Origin: Candidatus Eiseniibacteriota bacterium
Lineage (GTDB): Bacteria; ARS69
Length of the DNA: 12,399 nucleotides
Direction: 5' to 3'
Assembly: GCA_052390515.1 (NCBI GenBank)
Contig: JBQTGV010000061.1
Span: 1-12,399 of the forward strand
Below the pieces are notes generated by a model. That model made no database searches, was not told the origin of the DNA, and saw nothing but the letters and a program-made list of their open reading frames with translations. Both the position numbers and the translations under genes were made by a program. Each line of letters begins with the position of its first letter. Position 1 is the stretch's first letter. Shown here piece after piece: positions 5,690 through 12,399 of the stretch.

Positions 5690-8600
5690 ATGTTCGACCT
5701 GCGTCCGAAGCTCCCCGCCGTGTTTCTCTTCGCGTGCGCGCTCTGCGCGCCCGCCGCTCCGGTGTCGGCCGGAACCGGCCGCGTGCGTGCCACGAGTCCG
5801 TCGACGTTCATCCTCGACTTCTGCGTCTCGGTGCAGTTCCAGGCGAACGCCGCCGAGCTCGTGAACATCCAGCGCGCCATCACCGACGCCTCCGCCGTGC
5901 TGGCCGACGCCACCGACGGCCAGTACGCGTTCGGGAACGTCGACATCGTGAACGACTCGGGCGCGGGGGCCGACGCGGAAGTCTGGATCAAGAGCCAGGC
6001 AGGAAGCGCATACGGGACCCCGGGGCTCTACGGCAGCCCGGGCGAGCACATCACGCTGTACTACCCGACGAACTGCACGGGGACGCCGGCGCTCAACGGG
6101 GACGCCTACACGCTCGCGCACGAGTTCGGTCACCACTTGTGGGGGCTGAAGGACGAGTACGCCGGACCGATCGGCGCGGCGGAGTGCGAGCCCGCTCCCG
6201 GCAGCCCCTCGGCGAGCTTCTCGCTGATGGACAACTTCTTCGCCCGCGGCGGCAACGATGGTGCCGGCACCGGCACCTACACGCTGAACGAGTTCTGCGT
6301 CGCGGCGAACCACGATCCCGACTTCGACACGGCACAGCAGGCGAAGTGGGGCGTGTCCTGCTGGGGGAGGATCTCCGCGCACCCGACCCGGCCGGCCGTG
6401 CACCCCGTGGGGCTCCCCGCCGGGCCGCCCCCCGTGGTGACCGCACCCGTGTTCCGCTTCCCCGTGGGGGAGCGGCGCTTCGTGCTGCTGATCGACCGCT
6501 CCGGCGACCGTCCTTCGCAGCCGATGCAGCTGCCGTCCTCGCAGCAGGCCGCCCGGCTCTTCGTCGATCTGGTCGATCCGGGAGACGCCATCGCCGTCGT
6601 GTCGTTCGCGGGGACGGCCACGGTGGACTTCCCGCTGACCGTGATCCAGGGACCGGCGGAGCGTGCCGCGGCGAAGGCCGCGATCGACGCGCTGACGGTC
6701 GGCGGCGCCACCTCGCTCGGCAACGGACTGATCGCGGCGCGGGACGAGATCCTCGCGCAGTCGCAGGCGTCGTGCACGCAGCAGATCCTCCTGCTGAGCG
6801 ACGGCATCGCGAACCTCGGGCCGCCGGAGCTCTCCGTCGTGCCGAGCCTCGTCGGCGCCGGCATCGCCGTGTTCCCGTTCGCGCTGGCGCAGCCGCCGAA
6901 ACCGGAGAACCTCGCCGTGCTGGCCGCGCAGACAGGCGGATCGTTCGCCAGCGTCTCGGTGCTGGACGAGCTGCCCGGGTTCCTCGCCGGGACCTTCGCC
7001 GACACGTACGGATCGGGAGTGGCCACCGAAACCGGCGGCACGGTGACCCAGGGTGGGACGTTCACCGCCCCCGCCTTCATCGAGCAGGGCGCGACGCGCG
7101 TGCAGTTCGTGCTCTTCTGGGCGGACCTGGACGACCTGATCGATCTCACCATCGAGGCTCCGGACGGCACGGTCTACTCCGCGGCCGACACCACGAACCC
7201 GGATGTCGAGTTCGTCTCCAGCCCGGGAGTACAGGTGCTCTCCCTCGGGGGCGCCGCGGTCGATCCCGCCGGAGGCGAGTACAAGATGATTCCGGGTGGA
7301 ACGCAGCTCGACACGGACGGCGGCTCGTTCTGCCTGTCCGCGCTTCCGGCGAACGGCGCGGTCTCCATGGCGATGGACGTGGGACAGCCCACGTTCTCGG
7401 CCGGGCAGCCGATCGCGGTCAGCGCCACTCCACGCTTCCGCGGCAACGCGGTCGTCGGCTCGTCGCTGAGCGGCGAAGTCGTCCTGCCGAGCGGGGTCAC
7501 CATGCCGATCGTGCTGTTCGACGACGGCAACCCGGCGAACGGCGACGACCTCGCCGGCGACGGCGTGTACGGAGCGCGCGTGTCCTCGGTGGGCGCCGGG
7601 CTCTACTCGTTCCACGTGGACGCGGAGGCCATCGCCGACGTGACCTTCGGCGGCGAAGCCCTGTACCAGACCGTCGGTGCACCGATCTTCTCGGAGACCG
7701 CTCCCGACTTCACTCGCTTCGCCAACGCCTCGGCAGTGGTGACCGACAGCGTGGCGACCGGCGATCCGACCATGACCTGTCCGCCGCCGGTCACCGCCGA
7801 GGCGACGTCCGCGTCCGGTGCATCGGTGACGCTCTCGACCGACGTCGCCGACGGCGGCGGGCAGGCGCTCACCGTCACGTGGATCGTGGACGGAACGCTG
7901 GCGCAGACCGACCTGGTCCCGGCGGGTCCTGGTGCCACCGTGACCCTCACCCGGGCGTACTCGTTCGGCGCGCATCCCGTGCAGATCACCGTGTCCGACG
8001 GGTTCAGCTCCCTGTCGTGCGCCACGGCGGTCTCCGTCGTGGACACGACCGCGCCGACGCTCTCCGTGACGCTGAACCGCACGGTGCTCTTCCCGCCGAA
8101 CCGCGCCCTGATGAGAGTGACCGCGACGATCGGGGTCTCCGACGCGACCGATCCCGCGCCGACGTTCGTGCTGTCCTCCATCACCAGCGACGAGCCGGAC
8201 AGCGGCATCGGCTCCGGCGACGTTCCCAACGACATTGTGCGCGCGGCGGTCGGAACGCCCGACACGACGTTCGAGCTGCGCGCCGAGCGTGACCCCGCCG
8301 GCGACGGCCGCGTCTACTCCATCGTTTACACGGCGACGGACGTGCACGGCAATTCGGCGAGCCACACCTCGCTCGTCACCTGTGCCGCGGGACACCTGCC
8401 CGGATCGGCACTCTCCGCCACGGGGTTCGCGGCGGACGGAACCGGCATCCTTCCCGGGGCTCTGAGCGTCCACGTCGTCATCCCGTCGGTGCCAGGCCTC
8501 GTCGATGCGTTCGCCGTGGATCCCTCGCTCGTCGTGCTCGGGAACGAGGTGGACGTCGTCGCGCCGCTCTCGACGCGCTTCGCCGACGTGACCGGGGACG

Positions 8601-9067
8601 CGCTCACCGACCTGATCGCGGAGTACCCCGCGGGCGTGACCGACGCGCTGCGCGCTGCGTCGCAGCCGGCTCCCGTCGCGCTGTACTTCGAGACGGACGC
8701 GGCGGCGTACCTGGTCACCGACGTGTTCGCGCTGGGTCCGCCGGTTCCGATCGTTTCGACGGATGCGACGGCGCAGGCCGGATCCATCGACCTGTACCGT
8801 CCGACGCCGAACCCGTTCACCGGCACGAGCCGCGTGGCGTTCGCCGTGCCCGGCTCGACGCCGGCCGCGGTGACGTTCACGGTGTTCGACGTGGCGGGCC
8901 GGGTGGTGCGGCGCATCGTCGAGCACCAGACCTTCGCCCCGGGACGGCACGACCTGAGCTGGGACGGCCGGGACGGTTCCGGCCGCGAGGTCCTGTCGGG
9001 CGTCTACCTCCTGCGGCTCGAGGTCGGGGCGGAGGAGCGGACGCTGCGAGTCGTGCGCCTCCGGTAG
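5690..9067 (+). CDS. Secreted CLCA-like zinc metalloprotease / vWA protein with Ig-like (HYR/PKD-like) modules and a C-terminal FlgD-Ig/T9SS-like domain (1125 aa)
   Basis: Signal peptide MFDLRPKLPAVFLFACALCAPAAPVSA. HEFGHHLWGLKDEY (6119-6160) followed by a Cys-containing segment (SLMD, EFC, SCW). vWA motifs VLLIDRSG, IAVVSF, GGATSLGNGL and ILLLSDG. LFDDG..GDDLAGDGVY (7514-7570). Ig-like modules: PTMTCP, VSVVDTTAPTL, LFPPN, LRAER..GRVYSIVYTATD. C-terminal PNPF...VFDVAGRVVR...WDGRDGSGREVLSGVYLLRL. GAGG RBS at 5680-5683. Confidence 0.88.
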   Translation: MFDLRPKLPAVFLFACALCAPAAPVSAGTGRVRATSPSTFILDFCVSVQFQANAAELVNIQRAITDASAVLADATDGQYAFGNVDIVNDSGAGADAEVWIKSQAGSAYGTPGLYGSPGEHITLYYPTNCTGTPALNGDAYTLAHEFGHHLWGLKDEYAGPIGAAECEPAPGSPSASFSLMDNFFARGGNDGAGTGTYTLNEFCVAANHDPDFDTAQQAKWGVSCWGRISAHPTRPAVHPVGLPAGPPPVVTAPVFRFPVGERRFVLLIDRSGDRPSQPMQLPSSQQAARLFVDLVDPGDAIAVVSFAGTATVDFPLTVIQGPAERAAAKAAIDALTVGGATSLGNGLIAARDEILAQSQASCTQQILLLSDGIANLGPPELSVVPSLVGAGIAVFPFALAQPPKPENLAVLAAQTGGSFASVSVLDELPGFLAGTFADTYGSGVATETGGTVTQGGTFTAPAFIEQGATRVQFVLFWADLDDLIDLTIEAPDGTVYSAADTTNPDVEFVSSPGVQVLSLGGAAVDPAGGEYKMIPGGTQLDTDGGSFCLSALPANGAVSMAMDVGQPTFSAGQPIAVSATPRFRGNAVVGSSLSGEVVLPSGVTMPIVLFDDGNPANGDDLAGDGVYGARVSSVGAGLYSFHVDAEAIADVTFGGEALYQTVGAPIFSETAPDFTRFANASAVVTDSVATGDPTMTCPPPVTAEATSASGASVTLSTDVADGGGQALTVTWIVDGTLAQTDLVPAGPGATVTLTRAYSFGAHPVQITVSDGFSSLSCATAVSVVDTTAPTLSVTLNRTVLFPPNRALMRVTATIGVSDATDPAPTFVLSSITSDEPDSGIGSGDVPNDIVRAAVGTPDTTFELRAERDPAGDGRVYSIVYTATDVHGNSASHTSLVTCAAGHLPGSALSATGFAADGTGILPGALSVHVVIPSVPGLVDAFAVDPSLVVLGNEVDVVAPLSTRFADVTGDALTDLIAEYPAGVTDALRAASQPAPVALYFETDAAAYLVTDVFALGPPVPIVSTDATAQAGSIDLYRPTPNPFTGTSRVAFAVPGSTPAAVTFTVFDVAGRVVRRIVEHQTFAPGRHDLSWDGRDGSGREVLSGVYLLRLEVGAEERTLRVVRLR

Positions 9068-9068
9068 G

Positions 9069-9083
9069 TGGTATCGTCGGAGG
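9069..9083 (+). promoter_or_regulatory. Possible extended -10 element positioned for a leaderless kinase transcript
   Basis: TG-G-TATCGT (9069-9077) ends 6 nt before ATG 9084. GGAGG (9079-9083) abuts the ATG directly, too close to act as a normal Shine-Dalgarno. Confidence 0.3.
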
Positions 9084-12000
9084 ATGAAGTCCCCCGGCGT
9101 CCCCCCGCTTCCGGAGCGCATCGGTCCGTATCGGGTCCTCGGCGAGCTCGGCCGGGGCGGCATGGGTGTCGTCTATTCCGCCGAGGATCCACGGCTGCGC
9201 CGCCGCGTGGCCATCAAGACGCTGCCCGAAGGCCTCTCCCGGGATCCGGCCCGGCGCGCGCGCTTCGAGCGGGAGGCGCAGCTTCTCGCGGCGATGAATC
9301 ACCCCAACATCGCCACGATCCACTCCCTGGAGGAGGCCGACGGCGTCCACTTCCTCACGATGGAACTCGTGGAGGGAGAGACCCTGGGCACGCGGATCGG
9401 GGGGCGCCCGGTGCCGCTGGACGAGCTCCTCTCCATCGCCCGGCAGATCGCGCACGCCCTCGAGGCGGCGCACCGCAAGGGCGTCGTCCACCGAGACCTG
9501 AAGCCCGGCAACGTGAAGCTCACCACCAGCGGCGAGGTGAAGATCCTCGACTTCGGAATCGCCAAGGCGGTGTTCGGCGAAACCGAGAGCGCGCCACACC
9601 GGGCGCGGCCCATCGCCCTGCCCGAGAGCCACGAAGGCGAGACCATCGCGGCCGTGGGTGGCCCGCACGCGTCGGTTGGCGGGACGGACACGACGCTCCC
9701 GGGAGACATCCTGGGCACGCCGGGGTACATGAGCCCGGAGCAGGTCCACGGTGCGGACGTGGATCATCGCGCCGACGTCTGGGCGTTCGGCTGCGTGCTC
9801 TACGAGTGCGTGACCGGCTCGCGCCCTTTCCGCGCGAAGAACGTGACCGAGGTTCTCCGCGCGACGCTCGCCGCGGAGCCGCCGCTGGAGGTCCTGCCCG
9901 CGGACACCCCCGAGCGGCTGCGCAGCCTGATCGAGCGGTGCCTCTGCAAGGACCCGGATGCGCGGCTCGCGTCGATGGCGATGGCGCGCCAGGAGATCGA
10001 GGAGGAGATCGCGCAGCGGGCGCTTCCGGGTGCCTCGGGCGGCCGCCGGCGCGCCGCCACCGGACCGAACAACCTGCCTGCGCGCCTCACCAGCTTCGTG
10101 GGCCGCACCGCGCCGCTCGAGGCGGTGCAAGCGCTTCTCCGGGAGAAGCGTCTGGTCACGGTCACCGGGACGGGCGGCAGCGGCAAGACGCGCCTGGCGC
10201 TGGAGGCCTGCTGGAACGCGCTGCCGCGCTTCGGGGACGGCGTGTGGAGCGTGGAGCTGGCGCCGCTCTCCGACGGCGAGCTCGTCGCGGAGACCGTGTC
10301 GGCAGTGCTCTCCGTGCGGGAGTCCCCGGGCCGGCCGGCGGTCGAGTCCCTGCTCGATCACCTCGCCGCGAAGGACGTCCTGCTGCTGGTCGACAACTGC
10401 GAGCACGTGCTCGACGGATGCCGCGCTCTCCTCGAGCGGATCCTGGCGTCGTGCCCCGGCGTCCGCGTCGTGGCGACGAGCCGTCAGGCGCTCGGTCTGC
10501 CCGAGGAGGCGGCGTACCACCTGCCGTTGCTGGAGGTGCCCGCCAGTGACGACGGCAACACCGTGCAGGGATTGCTAGGGCTCGAGTCCGTCCGGCTCTT
10601 CGTGGAGCGGGCGCGGGCGGCGCGTGCCGACTTCGCCCTGACCGAGCAGACCGCCGGGGAAGTGGCGAGGATCTGCCGCCGGCTGGACGGGATCCCGCTG
10701 GCCCTGGAGCTCGCGGCGGCGCGCGTCAAGGTGATGGGAGTGCACGAGATCGCCAGCCGCCTGGCCGACCGCTTCCGCCTGCTGGGGAGCCGCGACCAAG
10801 CGCTCCCGCACCACCAGACGCTGCGCGCGCTCATCGACTGGAGCTGGGACCATCTCGCGCTTCCGGAGCAGGCGCTGTTCCGCCGGCTCGCCGCGTTCTC
10901 CGGCGGCTGGACGCTCGACGCCACGGAGGCGGTCTGCGCCGGCGGAGACGTCGAGGAATGGGAGATCCTGGATCTCTTGACCGAGCTGGTGGACCGGTCG
11001 CTGGTCGAGTCGGACACGGAGCGAAGCCAGGGGACGGACCGTGCGCGCTTCCGCATGCTGGAGACGGTGCGCGAGTACGCGCTGGGCCGGCTCGGCGAGC
11101 ACGGCGAGGAGCGCTCCGTGCGCGAGCGGCACCGCGTGCACTTCCTGTCGCTGGCCGAGCAGGCCGAGCCTGGCCTCACCGGAGCGGAGCAGACCACGTG
11201 GCTGCTTCGCCTCGCCGCCGATCACGACAACCTGCGCGAGGCCATGACCGCCGAGCCGGACGGCGCGGGCGAGGAGGCGCTGCGCCTGGCTGGCGCGCTC
11301 GGGCGCTACTGGGCGGTGCGCGGGCACTGGAGCGAAGGCCGGCGCGTCACCGCGGCGCTGCTCGAGCGCACGAAGGACCAGCCGCCGTCGGCCGCACGGG
11401 CGAAGGTGCTGCACTGGGCCGGCAACCTGGCCTACCGTCAGGGCGACTACGCGAAGGCGCGCGCGCTGCACGAGCAGGCGCTGGCCGCGCGCCGGGAGGT
11501 CGGCGACCGCACCGGCGAGGCGGCCTCCCTGGAGAGCCTCGGCGTCGTGGCGCACGACCAGGGTAGTTTCGAGGAATCACTGGGGTTCCTCGAGCGGAGC
11601 CTCGCGCTTCGCCGGGAGCTGGGCGACGAGTGGGCCGTTGCGCTCTCGCTCAACAATCTGGGCGTCGCCGTCGAGGCCGCCGGCGACTACGCGCGCGCCG
11701 TCCGCTTCCACGAGGAGAGCCTGGCGCTTCGCCGCAAGCTGGCCGACGCGTCCGGCATCAGCGGCTCCCTGAACAACCTGGGCTGCGCGCTGGAGTGCCT
11801 CGGCGAGTACGCGCGCGCCCGCGCGCTGCACGAGGAAGCGCTGGCGGTCCGCCGGAACCTCGGTGACCGCTGGGGGATCGGGCTCTCGCTCAAGAACCTG
11901 GGCGCGGCGGCCTTCGCCCTCGGTGACCTCGACGACGCGCGCGCCTTCTTCCGCGAGAGCGTCGACACGTTCCGCGGCATCGAGGAGCGCTACGAGATGT

Positions 12001-12399
12001 GCCACGGGCTCGCCGGCCTCGCGCGGGTTGCCCGGGCTTCGGGCGAAGCGGAGGAGGCGCGATCCCTGGCGAAGGAGTGTCTGGAGGTTCGGCGCGCGCT
12101 GGGCGAGCCGCGGGGCATGGCCAATTCTCTGGAGTGCTTCGCCGGGCTGGCCGTGGACGCGGGCGAAGGCGCGCGGGCTGCGCGTCTGCTCGGCGCGGCC
12201 GAGGCGCTCCGCGAGAGGATCAAGGCGCCGCTCCCGCCGCCGGAACTGGCTCAGGTGGAGCGGGACGCGGCCGCGGCGCGAGACATTGCGAAGGAGTCGT
12301 GGGGCGCCGCGCGGGGGGCCCGCCGGGGGGGGGCGGGCGGCGACGCGGGGGGCGGGGCCCAGGGGGGGGCGCAGGGGGGGCGCCGCGGGGGGGCGGGCC
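9084..12399 (+). CDS. Hanks-type Ser/Thr protein kinase - STAND (NB-ARC-like) ATPase - TPR protein; 3'-truncated, over 1070 aa, not listed in the ORF track
   Basis: Manual translation from ATG 9084 gives IGPYRVLGELGRGGMGVVY, VAIK, RFEREA, HPNI, HRDLKPGN, DFG (9549), GTPGYMSPE and DVWAFG. Then NNLPARLTSFVGR, Walker A GTGGSGKT (10167-10190), Walker B LLLVDNCEH, ATSR, LDGIPLALELAAAR, TLRALIDWS and FRMLETVREYA, followed by 40-aa TPRs. No stop codon was found before the window end. Confidence 0.93.
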   Translation, partial: MKSPGVPPLPERIGPYRVLGELGRGGMGVVYSAEDPRLRRRVAIKTLPEGLSRDPARRARFEREAQLLAAMNHPNIATIHSLEEADGVHFLTMELVEGETLGTRIGGRPVPLDELLSIARQIAHALEAAHRKGVVHRDLKPGNVKLTTSGEVKILDFGIAKAVFGETESAPHRARPIALPESHEGETIAAVGGPHASVGGTDTTLPGDILGTPGYMSPEQVHGADVDHRADVWAFGCVLYECVTGSRPFRAKNVTEVLRATLAAEPPLEVLPADTPERLRSLIERCLCKDPDARLASMAMARQEIEEEIAQRALPGASGGRRRAATGPNNLPARLTSFVGRTAPLEAVQALLREKRLVTVTGTGGSGKTRLALEACWNALPRFGDGVWSVELAPLSDGELVAETVSAVLSVRESPGRPAVESLLDHLAAKDVLLLVDNCEHVLDGCRALLERILASCPGVRVVATSRQALGLPEEAAYHLPLLEVPASDDGNTVQGLLGLESVRLFVERARAARADFALTEQTAGEVARICRRLDGIPLALELAAARVKVMGVHEIASRLADRFRLLGSRDQALPHHQTLRALIDWSWDHLALPEQALFRRLAAFSGGWTLDATEAVCAGGDVEEWEILDLLTELVDRSLVESDTERSQGTDRARFRMLETVREYALGRLGEHGEERSVRERHRVHFLSLAEQAEPGLTGAEQTTWLLRLAADHDNLREAMTAEPDGAGEEALRLAGALGRYWAVRGHWSEGRRVTAALLERTKDQPPSAARAKVLHWAGNLAYRQGDYAKARALHEQALAARREVGDRTGEAASLESLGVVAHDQGSFEESLGFLERSLALRRELGDEWAVALSLNNLGVAVEAAGDYARAVRFHEESLALRRKLADASGISGSLNNLGCALECLGEYARARALHEEALAVRRNLGDRWGIGLSLKNLGAAAFALGDLDDARAFFRESVDTFRGIEERYEMCHGLAGLARVARASGEAEEARSLAKECLEVRRALGEPRGMANSLECFAGLAVDAGEGARAARLLGAAEALRERIKAPLPPPELAQVERDAAAARDIAKESWGAARGARRGGAGGDAGGGAQGGAQGGRRGGAG
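11400..12239 (+). repeat. About seven tandem 120-bp (40-aa) TPR-coding repeats in the kinase C-terminal sensor region
   Basis: Units start near 11400, 11520, 11640, 11760, 11880, 12000 and 12120, e.g. ALSLNNLGVAVEAAGDYARAVRFHEESLALRRKLADASGI and SGSLNNLGCALECLGEYARARALHEEALAVRRNLGDRWGI. Confidence 0.85.

Noticed and set aside
5636-9163. 1175-aa minus-strand ORF and the 852-aa + strand ORF 5734..8292
   Set aside because: Shadow frames of the CLCA-like gene, with Arg/Gly/His-rich composition typical of non-coding GC-rich frames.
8877-12223. Track ORFs over the kinase region (9068..10549 +, 8877..10520 -, 10575..11555 -, 10958..11566 + and others)
   Set aside because: The real gene is in the frame starting at 9084, which carries all the kinase, STAND and TPR motifs. 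The listed ORFs are alternative-frame shadows.
11400-12239. 120-bp periodicity as a possible CRISPR array or DNA-level repeat element
   Set aside because: The repeats are degenerate, in frame and explained by TPR coding. There are no identical repeats with unique spacers and no cas genes.
12300-12399. G-run-rich tail suggesting a G-quadruplex or a Gly-rich protein tail
   Set aside because: T disappears, A becomes rare and the protein abruptly stops resembling the expected family C-terminus. This is typical of low-quality poly-G read ends at a contig edge, so it is most likely an artefact.

Overview
Very GC-rich bacterial DNA containing seven probable genes. Left part: a non-homologous end-joining (NHEJ) locus. 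On the minus strand are ku, a stand-alone ATP-dependent DNA ligase and a MerR-like HTH/TPR protein. Divergent from them is a LigD-like protein with a phosphoesterase (PE) domain, a ligase-derived domain and an AEP polymerase domain. The LigD ligase domain has lost its catalytic lysine, several other catalytic residues and the whole OB domain, so ligation appears to be delegated to the neighbouring ligase. The HTH-TPR protein has a linker with motifs resembling a sliding-clamp-binding motif and the SspB ClpX-binding peptide, making it a candidate uncharacterised NHEJ accessory factor. Right part (+ strand): a small secreted protein, then a 1125-aa secreted protein resembling animal CLCA (HExxH metalloprotease, vWA, Ig-like modules, FlgD-Ig/T9SS-like C-terminal domain). 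Last is a Ser/Thr kinase-STAND ATPase-TPR protein that runs off the window and is missing from the ORF track. The final ~100 nt are G-run-rich and probably a sequencing or assembly artefact. All calls come from reading motifs by eye; no searches were run.
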